The notes under the pieces were generated by a model, which was given only the letters and a program-made list of their open reading frames with translations, was not told the origin of the DNA and did no database searches. This document shows positions 43,601 through 54,312 of a DNA stretch of 54,312 nt, in pieces. The stretch lies in assembly GCA_965644295.1 (NCBI GenBank), contig CBFFRP010000566.1, forward strand, positions 1-54,312, written 5' to 3'. The position numbers were made by a program, and so were the translations under genes. The first letter of the stretch is position 1. The number at the start of each line of letters is the position of its first letter. This DNA is from Paraphysomonas bandaiensis (lineage: Eukaryota > Protista > Chrysophyceae).

Positions 43601-46600
43601 GTGGACAACCATCTGGCCTACCTAGTGTATTGCCATCAAGCGAACCAACAGGGCAGCCATCTGGTCAACCTAGTGGACCGCCATCTGGGCAACCTAGTGG
43701 ACAACCATCTGGGATCCCTACTGGGCAGCCATCTGATGAACCTAGTGGACAACCATCTGGTCAACCTACAGGTGAGCCATCTGGTCAACCTAGTGGACCG
43801 CCATCTGGGATCCCTACTGGGCAGCCATCATGCCAACCCACAGGTGAGCCATCTGGTGAACCGACAGGACAGCCATCTGGGCAGCCATCATGCCAACCCA
43901 CAGGTGAGCCATCTGTGATCCCTACTGGACAGCCATCTGGTCAACCCAGTGGACAACCATCTGGTCAACCTAGTGGACAGCCATCTAGTGAACCCACAGG
44001 ACAACCATCTGGCCAACCTAGTGTACTGCCATCAAGCGAACCAACAGGGCAGCCATCTGGTCAACCTAGTGGACCGCCATCTGGGCAACCTAGTGGACAA
44101 CCATCTGGGATCCCTACTGGGCAGCCATCATGCCAACCCACAGGTGAGCCATCTGTGATCCCTACTGGACAGCCATCTGGCAAACCCAGTGGACAACCAT
44201 CTGGTCAACCTAATGGACAGCCATCTAGTGAACCCACAGGACAACCATCTGGCCAACCTAGTGTATTGCCATCAAGCGAACCAACAGGGCAGCCATCTGG
44301 TCAACCTAGTGGACCGCCATCTGGGCAACCTAGTGGACAACCATCTGGGATCCCTACTGGGCAGCCATCTGATGAACCTAGTGGACAACCATCTGGTCAA
44401 CCTACAGGTGAGCCATCTGGTCAACCTAGTGGACCGCCATCTGGGCAACCTACGGGGCAGCCATCATGCCAACCTAGTGGACAACCATCTGGCCTACCTA
44501 GTGAACCGCCATCTTGTGAACCCACAGGACAACCATCTGGGATCCCTACTGGACAGCCATCTAGTGAACCCACAGGTGAGCCATCTGGTCAACCTAGTGC
44601 ACTGCCATCAATCGAACCGACAGGACAGCCATCTCGTCAACCTAGTGGACAACCATCTGGGATCCCTACTGGGCAGCCATCATGCCAACCCACAGGTGAG
44701 CCATCTGGTCAACCTAGTGGACAACCATCTGGGATCCGTACTGGGCAGCCATCTGATGAACCTAGTGGACAACCATCTGGTCAACCTAGTGGACCGCCAT
44801 CTGGGCAACCTACGGGGCAGCCATCATGCCAACCTAGTGGACAACCATCTGGCCTACCTAGTGAACCGCCATCTTGTGAACCCACAGGACAGCCATCTGG
44901 GATCCCTACTGGACAGCCATCTTGTGAACCCACAGGTGAGCCATCTGGTCAACCTAGTGCACAGCCATCAATCGAACCGACAGGACAGCCATCATGCCAG
45001 CCCAGTGGACAACCATCTGGGATCCCTACTGGGCAGCCATCATGCCAACCCACAGGTGAGCCATCTGTGATCCCTACTGGACAGCCATCTGGTCAACCCA
45101 GTGGACAACCATCTGGTCAACCTAATGGACAGCCATCTAGTGAACCCACAGGACAACCATCTGGCCAACCTAGTGTATTGCCATCAAGCGAACCAACAGG
45201 GCAGCCATCTGGTCAACCTAGTGGACCGCCATCTGGGCAACCTAGTGGACAACCATCTGGGATCCCTACTGGGCAGCCATCTGATGAACCTAGTGGACAA
45301 CCATCTGGTCAACCTACAGGTGAGCCATCTGGTCAACCTAGTGGACCGCCATCTGGGCAACCTACGGGGCAGCCATCATGCCAACCTAGTGGACAACCAT
45401 CTGGCCTACCTAGTGAACCGCCATCTTGTGAACCCACAGGACAACCATCTGGGATCCCTACTGGACAGCCATCTAGTGAACCCACAGGTGAGCCATCTGG
45501 TCAACCTAGTGCACTGCCATCAATCGAACCGACAGGACAGCCATCTCGTCAACCTAGTGGACAACCATCTGGGATCCCTACTGGGCAGCCATCATGCCAA
45601 CCCACAGGTGAGCCATCTGGTCAACCTAGTGGACAACCATCTGGGATCCGTACTGGGCAGCCATCTGATGAACCTAGTGGACAACCATCTGGTCAACCTA
45701 GTGGACCGCCATCTGGGCAACCTACGGGGCAGCCATCATGCCAACCTAGTGGACAACCATCTGGCCTACCTAGTGAACCGCCATCTTGTGAACCCACAGG
45801 ACAGCCATCTGGGATCCCTACTGGACAGCCATCTTGTGAACCCACAGGTGAGCCATCTGGTCAACCTAGTGCACAGCCATCAATCGAACCGACAGGACAG
45901 CCATCATGCCAGCCCAGTGGACAACCATCTAGGATCCCTACTGGACGGCCATCATGCCAACCTAGTGTACCGCCATCTGGTGAACCGACAGGACAGCCAT
46001 CTGGGCAACCTAGTGGACAACCATCTGGGATCCCTACTGGGCAGCCATCATGCCAACCCACAGGTGAGCCATCTGGTCAACCTAGTGGACAGCCATCTCG
46101 TCAACCTAGTGGACAACCATCTGGGATCCCTACAGGGCAGCCATCATGCCAACCCACAGGTGAGCCATCTGGTCAACCTAGTGGACCGCCATCTGGGCAA
46201 CCTACGGGGCAGTCATCATGCCAACCTAGTGGACAACCATCTGGCCTACCTAGTGGACCGCCATCTTGTGAACCCACAGGACAGCCATCTGGGATCCCTA
46301 CTGGACAGCCATCTAGTGAACCCACAGGTGAGCCATCTGGTCAACCCAGTGGACAACCATCTGGGATCCCTACAGAACAGCCATCATGTCAACCCACAGG
46401 TGAGCCATCTGGTCAACCTAGTGGGCAGCCGTCAAGTGTACCAACAGGGCAACCATCTGGGATTTCTTCTAGATTACCATCAGAACAACCTATAGTACAG
46501 CCATCTCGGATTCCAACACTACCGTCATCAAGTCAACCATCTCGAATACCCACAGGACAGCCATTTGGTGAACCAACAGCACCACCATTTGTCCAACCTA

Positions 46601-49600
46601 CTGCACTGCCATCTGGACAACTACATTCGATTTTTCCATCGACGCATGCTCCTTCAGTTGCACGTTTACCTGAGATATTACATATGGACTGGACTGTGTA
46701 TCGAGATCGCGTTACACTTTCAATTCAGCTCTCTAGCAGAGGCTATGTGTATTGTGCAAGCTTTGAATCTATGGTAATCGTCGACTCTGTAAATTCTGTA
46801 ATTTTTACAAACAATTTTGATTACGTGGATGATGCTTCTGTTAACGCCTCAATCACAATAACATCTCTAACACCGTCCACGAATTACACACTCTATTGTG
46901 TCACGCAAAACAATCACCTGTTAGCTCCCTCGTATGAAGAAATGCTCTCGAATGCAGTCGTTTGGGAAACTCTCTGTTGTAAGAGCATATTTGTGGATTT
47001 GAATATGTTTGTACTGCAAGAAAATAATGTGGGCTGGAATATGGTTGTAGTAACCCTTTCGGCAGCTCCGTCATCCAGCAGTGATATGTGGATATCTGCT
47101 GGGGTGTCAAACAGCAGTGGTTCGTACACTGTATCCCCCTTTCTGGATGACGTTGTGACTGTTACACGTTCCTCATGGTCGAAGACACATTACTTCACTG
47201 TCGCCAACTGTGCGCCGGGACTGTACACACTACAGGTGACTATGATGGATTTCGCAGTGCAGCAGGAGTATGATGTAATCTTCCGAAGTGGGCAGTCGTT
47301 CACTGTAGAGCCCTCTGAAGTAGAACCCAGCACCCCGCGTTTAATGTCAGCGCAGTTCTCAAAGAGTGGTGAGTCCGCTGTCCTGAAATTTGATTCACCT
47401 ACAGACAAGGCGCAGTATTCCTCATATTTCAAGTGCTCTCGTCTCCTGGATGTAGCTGGGGCCTTATCGTCAGACTGCCTTTGGACCTCGGCCACCACAC
47501 TTACTGTGTATTTCAAAGGGCCTCTTCTACCTGAAGTGGGTGATAGTGTGGTGCTACTGCGGGGTAAACTGAGAGCTCAATGCACCTCCACATCGTCAGA
47601 GTGTACTGGCTGGGCTACTGTGAACAGGACAGAGATGGTTTTAGCTGCTCCCTACGACCCCATCTCACCCACCCTCGTTGTGACACACCCAAAGGTCTCC
47701 GGTCCCTGCGACAGACCTGTGATCGATATTACTGCCTCCTCTGGTTCGGGTGGTCGACCATGGAAACACTTCAACATCACTGTGACCAGTTTTAGCGATA
47801 CCGTCCATACAGTTCAGGAATGGCTTCTAGAGAATTACGTGATTAGCCCACCACCTGCAATGCCAGCGCAACTATTTCAAGGTGGTTATAGGTACATCTT
47901 TGAGCTATGGCTGTGCAATTTTTTCGGTGAATGCAGCTCTGCCATAGCTATCATAAAAACGGTAAATGATATTCTGCCGTATGTTTCTATGGTGGGACAA
48001 CTCTCTCGACAGATATTCACTTACACTCCTCTGGTACTGCAGTCTAATGCTTTTTTAACTGAATGCGACGGTTCTGCATCGTATTCCAACTTAATCTATG
48101 ATTGGAAAATATTCGAGGATGAAGTGGAGCACTTTGAGTTAGTGTCGTTGTCGAGTGACCCGAGAAAATTTAAGTTGCTACCTTATTCTTTTAACGTAAG
48201 TTCTGTTTACGAAATAAAGTTATCTGTGACAAACTCTCTGTCGGGGCTGTCCTCATCCACAGTTGTATACGTGTCAGTAGTTCAGTCCGATATTGTGGCA
48301 ATCATTGAGGGAGGATCACAGCAATCATTGCGAATCGGCGGAAGTGTGTTATTGGATGCATCTGGCAGTTATGATAAAAATATTCCACCCGAATTACGCC
48401 CTCCAGCTGAGAGCAGTGGGTTTGAATTCCGCTGGACTTGTATGCAGTTGTTTCCAGCTCTCCTTCTGCGGTGTGATGATTTGAATATACAATCAAATGC
48501 TATCACTACTCCACATTTACTTCATATATTTACAACGAATAAGACAAAGGAGCACTCGGAGTATTCCATAAGTGTGGAAGTGCTTAGTGTTGCTGATGGC
48601 AGGCAAGCGGAGAGCTCAGTGGTTGTGCGAGTGACTGAAGCATTGGCTCCGATTGTGTCTATAAGGAGAAGCGGAGCAGCGAATGGTGTCAACCCTTTGT
48701 CTTCTCTGGTTTTGCTGGGAACTGCGCAATTAAGTGTGGCCCAATCAGCATTTTGGGCTATCAACGAGCCATCTGTTGATCTGGCTTCTATCACATCTAC
48801 GGCGACGTATGTATTACTAGCAAAAGGGCTACAGTCAGTCAATTTGGTTGTTAGTGCCGGCTCTATTCCTGGTCGGTCGGTTCCCTATGTATTTTCACTT
48901 ACCTGTGGCTCGTCCACAGTATCATTGACAGTGATGTTTAATACTCCTCCTCAGCCTGGTCTACTTTCAGTGTTCCCTCCCTCAGGTATAGCGTGGGATA
49001 CAGTCTTTACGCTCATTGCGGAGTCTTGGTCTGATGAAGACTTGCCATTGTCCTATGTAATGGGTTATGTGGAGGATGACCACTATCCGATTGTGAGAAG
49101 TCGGTTGGAGATGTCTTATGCCAGCTCCACATTTCCACCTGGGGACAGTATAAATGGATACACATTGTTTTGTTATGTTCGTGTGCTGGATAGTTTGGAT
49201 GCAGCTTCTCGGTTGCAGACGTCAGTTGTGGTTCGTTCTAATACAGCCCTCTCGACAACATTAGCACGTGAGAAGTTTCGATTGGAACTAGAATCGAGTG
49301 GAAACAATATTGAGTTGACGAAGCAAATCCTCTCATTGTCCAGTTCTTATCTGAATACCAAGAACTGCTCCTCAGCACCCAACTGTACCACTCTGAACCG
49401 TCATGAGTGTTTTAGTGTTGATCATACATGTGGATCATGCTTGGCTGGGTATGTAGGAGAAGAGGGTGCATCTAACCATGGTTGTGTACCTGAAAGCGAT
49501 ATGTTAACACATTCTCCTGGTGTGGTTTGTGACACTGACTATGACTGCAGTGTATGGGAGTACTGTAAGATTACGGAGTCACCCTCCGTTTGTGATTATC

Positions 49601-52600
49601 TTCGGAAGACATGTACCGGCAACTGCTCGCATCGAGGCACTTGCATACTTCAGGACAGTGACAGCGGAGCTGCTGTGTCCGAGTGTCTATTAATTGACTC
49701 TTCATGTGAGGCGAAGTGTCTATGTGATAAAGGATTCAGTGGTTTGTTTTGTGAGTATACAGCCGAGGAGGCGAGAGTACGGACTATTATGAGAGAAGCC
49801 AATCTGAATGAGCTAGATGGTGTCACTAGAGTAGATGATCCAACTGTGGAGTCGATATTGGAGTGGCAACAAATTTTAGTTACACTTACGACACAATCGA
49901 GTGAACTATCTGAAGTGGGGGCAGAGCATGGTCTCAATATTGCTGATACGATTTTAAGTAACTCTACACTGCTATCGGTGGACACATATGAGGCATATTA
50001 TAGTGACACTCTGACAGCAGTAGATAGCATTGCCACTGTTTCAATGAATACTTTGTCATCCTCATTGGCCTCGTCGAGTATCACTCATCCTCACGGCAGC
50101 GTCCTCCTCAACAAGAGCTCATTCATCGCGTCCCGAGTTGCGTCCGCACTGGACACGTATGGGTCAGGTGTAAGAAGATCTCTGATTGAGGGCCAACGCG
50201 GGAACCGGATTTTACGAAAGTCATTTCAACAAATCACAGAAGTTTTTACCTCTTCAGTTAATAATGAAGATATTTCAATGGCAGTACCACAGTCATTTGC
50301 AAAGACGTCGGCTGGATTACTGCCCTCGTCTCTCCAATTTCATAGAAATAGTACACGGCACCCCTCGCGGAGTTTAAAGGTTTCATTGAGTAGTATTCGG
50401 TCGAAGCTTTATGACAATGGGAATTACAATTCGGATGTGTTGCAAATGGCTATTGATGGCTCGATATACACCAACGATTCTTTCAAGATAATTATACAAA
50501 ATAATAATCCTATCTACTACGGCCGAGTACACGCCAGCAATACCACATTTAACGTGACTTGTGATCATGATGTGTACACCACTCACATAGTACCCTGTCG
50601 CCCGTCAGCTGTGAACGTCGCTTGTAATGGCACTGCCGCAGAAGTAAGGCTACATTGTCCGGATATTTTCTCTGAACCTCATTGCCGAGTCTTGTCTACC
50701 AGAGGGAACTTCAACTGCACTGTTGACTCTTATACTGCGTGGAACACCACATGCTTGTGTCGGCTCACTTCAATAGGATATCAATTCCGAGGTGATGAAC
50801 TGTCATCGTATGATACAAACCGTTCTCCCTCTCAGCGACGCGTGGATGAGACAGGACAAGAGCAGGTGATTTTGCGAGAGTCGGGGTATGTGGAGCTCGT
50901 GAGCACGTCAGAGTACGTTGCTGGCGACTTTTCTGCAACTGTTGTTCTAGCTCAGGAGTTCGATTCACCTGAGGACTTGCAAGCAGTATTGTTGGTTGTA
51001 TCGTTGTTTGGGACAGTTTGGGGCATGGGATTCCTTGCAATGTGTTATATGTTGGCAACGTCAGCGTATGGTTCCAAAAGGGAGAAATTAAAATGTGGGA
51101 CAATCCCGAGTCCAGACGTGAATAGTGCTTCCCAAAATGCAATTACCACGGACTCGATGAAAATGCGACTTCATTCGTATGTAAAGGAAGTTTTCCCGGC
51201 AGTGTACAACACAGAATCGCCGTGGAGTCGATTGTGGAGAGAGCTTAAGAGCCATCATCGTTACATAGCTTTAGTTCTCTCAAAAGACTACACGAATACA
51301 GTGAACCAAAGAATTCGAGTGTTGCTGCACCTGTTAACGACACTTTCTATGCTGATGTTTTTCCTAGCGTTGTTGTATGACTTTGAGGTATAGTTGCATT
51401 AATATAGTTTTTCGTAATGCTAATGACGTTCATATAGTATCCAGAAGACAATGGAAAATGCGAGGCTCATATCACTGCCTCACAGTGCGCAACTGAGAAG
51501 TCGATGCTAGATTCGTCCCAGAAAGTGTGTCAGTGGGTTGAAGATAATGACACGGTTGGGGGATACTCGTGTGTATTTGTTAGCCCTGAGGTTACTCTGA
51601 AGGTGCATAGACTCTCTTTTCCATCTTAGCATTGGTCTTTACATCTCGTCTGTATGTATCATTAGGCTATCATGATTGCCTCTGTTATATGCTCCATCTT
51701 CAGCATGTTCGGAAATGCAATTGTCGATTTTATATTCGACATTCTAGCTGCTCCCACTGCATTCTGCTCAAGGCAAAATGCTGCTGAGCAAATAAACGGT
51801 CAGATCCAACGGCGTGCTGCTCAATTTGGCAGACGAGTGTCAGCCATAACTACTAATTTATCTGATCAATTTAAGAGTAGTGTGGGGAGGAAGAGAAAAA
51901 CGTCGTCTTTCATATCGATTGAATCCACCACACGTCACCTGCCATATACTTGTATTACTGCCCAGCAGTTGGCACTATCTTCGCTTGGCAGTATCGTCGC
52001 AGAAGTAAATCCATCCTTACAAACCATTGAACGTCGTTCCAGTCGTAGTCAGCGCATAAGCAGAAATATGGATACACCTCACCCACATTCGAGTAGTTTT
52101 CAGTCCTATTACAGCCCCTGTCCCGTGAGCCGGCGGTCCGAGGGAGTGGATATAGTGGCAGCAATTCCGTCGACTATTCTGTCCATCTCAACGGATGATT
52201 TATATATAGACCTGTGCATTGATATTGCGGAGCAAATGAGATGCCTAAGAACCACTAGACAAAAGGATGCGTTTATGATGGCCTGGTGGTATGTGTATAA
52301 TGTGATGTTCTTCATTTCGTTGCGTTTAATGTGTTTCTTGCAGCTTAGGAAGTAATGATCAATTCAAGCCAGAGTATGCGAGTATTATTGAGAAAACACT
52401 GAAGGAACACCTTGCCTTTGTAAAAAAGGAAGTGGCTCTCAAGCGGAATAAATTGAATCAAATTGAAGACATATATATTGGTCTGGAGCTGCTCCACATG
52501 TTTGTGCTGGATGTCCTCGGTAGAGGTAAAAAGCGTTCTTATGTTGCATATGTGATATTGCAATCTTCACCGCAATAAATATACTTACCTACTTGGTGTT

Positions 52601-53934
52601 TGCAGCGTCACCGGCAGCCAAAATATTTGAGACGAAATCAGAGGAAGAGTGAGTAGACTAATAATGATACACTAATAAACCACTGCTGATATCTCATATT
52701 TGCTGTGTTGTGGTTTTGCAGATTTCGCCACACCTACGTTGTTTCAAAGTTTCTAAAAGGCATAATGTGGGCTTTGGTTGTGCTGTTGAATCTCTGCTTT
52801 ATTTTTTACTCTATGTTACGAGGTCTGCAACGAGGACTCGAGTGGCAGATGATGTTTCTTTTTGCATGCATACTGCAATTTCTATTTGAGATTTTGCTGT
52901 ATGAGTCGTCTGAAGTTGCCATAATTCATTTTACCATTCCAAGTTTAGTCCGGTATGAAGTCATGGCTGCTCAAACTGCACTCTACAATGCAATTGAAAG
53001 TATCAGCAATAGGTCAGAAGAAACGAACGATCTGATACTTGATACGCCTCAGTATACGTTTGTATCCGTAAATGTTGCCAAATTTTTCCCGTATCAATTG
53101 GAGAGCGCAATTGTGCGATCCTATCACAGCCTTTATCCGGGTGCAGTGGCTAAGAATTGGAAAGACAGAAGTGAATTTTACTATAGAAGTGGTGCAGTGG
53201 TACCTTCAGGTCGAACGTATTCGAGACGTTTCTCTGTGATAGCTCTGTTATCTCTCTTGATTCAACAACTCGGCGCAGTGAGCAGCACTTGGCAGCGCAT
53301 GATCATTCATCTTCTCCAGCCACTCTTTGCAGTATCTCTGATCATGATGTGGCAGTATATGTGGAATCATCCCATATATTTCATTTTTCTGCTGCTACTT
53401 GTAGTGTATGTCGGATACCAATATCTCTCCGCGTGGAAAAATCAAGCTGAAGAGCGAATTTCGAATAAAGTTGGTCAATGCCCAGCATTAGTGTCACCTG
53501 CTCCTTCTTGTGTTCCTGGAGAGGAGGGAACTCAGCATCTGAATACTGATAGTGCTCATGTAGCCACGGAAGAGGGACACAGTCCCCGTCACCTCTCCAG
53601 CAGTGACCCTACTATCCATCAGCAGCGACACATGAATGATTTCCCCTCCATTGTAGAAGTGGGGCCCGATACCACCATCGACCCACTTCTACCAGCAACT
53701 GAACTTGATCTCATTGCTGCTGCTGACACAGATGCCGAAGATGCTGCTGCTGTTTCAAATTCTTCATATGGCGATTCCAGTAATTTTCGACCTGCTGAGA
53801 AAACCAGTCTCACACTTCAACACAATACCGCACCCGATGGTTCCAGTGCTGTGAGTAATGTTTCGCATCTGCTAGATATGGATTTCTCCTCTGATAGTGA
53901 GCTCGAATGGCCTGACATATTCAAAGAAGTGTAA
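40682..53934 (+). CDS. Giant multi-pass surface receptor: LRR array, P-S/T mucin-like stalk, REJ/polycystin-1-like region, Cys-rich EGF-like, GPS-like and TM segments. Predicted exons 40682-51387 (frameshift at ~41889), 51438-51603, 51666-52288, 52344-52525, 52606-52648, 52722-53934
   Basis: Hydrophobic N-terminus MNPLILCVFVSQITLTVASVAS. 24-aa plant-type LRRs. PSGQ repeats. REJ-like LDASGSYD, NTPPQPG.L.V.P..G, W.DEDLPLSY. GPS-like C..SYTAWNTTCLC. TM segments. Five GT-AG introns (51388-51437, 51604-51665, 52289-52343, 52526-52605, 52649-52721) join the downstream ORFs in frame. The true 5' end is uncertain. Confidence 0.8.
40911..42660 (+). repeat. Array of 24 near-identical 72-bp LRR-coding units
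   Basis: Recurring framework CTCCCCTCATCACTGGGTCAGATGACTTCTCTT / AATTCCTTAACGGGT with variable xxLxLxx codons. Confidence 0.95.
42800..46620 (+). repeat. 12-bp coding tandem repeat (P-S/T-x-x; PSGQ/PTGQ/PSCQ), ~3.8 kb, with higher-order duplications
   Basis: CCATCTGGTCAA/CCTAGTGGACAA units. Identical alternative-frame ORFs offset by 876 bp (43073/43949, 43313/44189) and 912 bp (44189/45101). Confidence 0.95.
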
Positions 53935-54312
53935 GGATAAAAACCTCAAATATGTATTTTGTGATTTTAACAATAATTACTTTTTATCAGATTTGGTGAC
54001 AATTATGACAACGATGATTCAACTGAATTTGAACTCTGATACATTCTGTGGAGGACAAAAATCATAACCAACCGAAGTATGCACAACTCAACGTGTGACA
54101 GAAGTTGCGTGGTATCCAGCGTGTACAAGAAACAGAAATGCAATAACATAATATTTCGATTAGGGTTAGGGTTACAAGAAAGAAAGTCTGATTATTACTT
54201 TGTTGCCTCTTTACTAGTCTGGTAGAGTGAGGCTAATTTATACCACAGTATTGGTGCACGAATAACAACATCAGTAATAATGTTAATCTACATCTACATA
54301 TTCTTTATGTCA

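Noticed and set aside
43073-46495. Alternative-frame ORFs (MDNHLVNL...)
   Set aside because: Shadow frames of the 12-bp PSGQ repeat.
54160-54174. TTAGGG repeats here and at ~22642-22655 as telomere or telomere-addition sites
   Set aside because: Only about 2.5 units each, with ordinary sequence on both sides; too short to support.

Overview
Eukaryotic, transposon-rich window. It is probably a stramenopile (inferred from a CoDi-like Copia, a Crinkler/RHS-type gene, a P-S/T tetrapeptide-repeat protein and 50-80 nt GT-AG introns). From left to right: (1) the 3' ~10 kb of a very large non-LTR retrotransposon whose polyprotein carries two SET domains and three OTU-like repeats ahead of APE-RT-RNase H-CCHC, inserted in an old Copia remnant; (2) a Crinkler/RHS-type NTPase+REase gene; (3) a young full-length Copia (13884-18981, minus strand) with non-canonical CG...CG LTR ends, a 5-bp TSD and no tRNA PBS, but a perfect 15-16 nt PBS/LTR self-complementarity resembling Tf1 self-priming; (4) a PIF/Harbinger element with TIRs and a TCA TSD; (5) ~12 kb of decayed TE fragments with a 30-bp minisatellite; (6) a young chromodomain Gypsy (33954-40616, minus strand) with identical LTRs, an in-frame gag/pol stop, a CCCH finger in Gag and an IFDN RT motif; (7) a ~13-kb gene for a giant surface receptor (shuffled 24-aa LRR modules, ~3.8-kb PSGQ stalk, REJ/polycystin-like, EGF-like, GPS-like and TM regions) broken by a 5-bp duplication. 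All domain calls are by-eye motif recognition; no searches were run.
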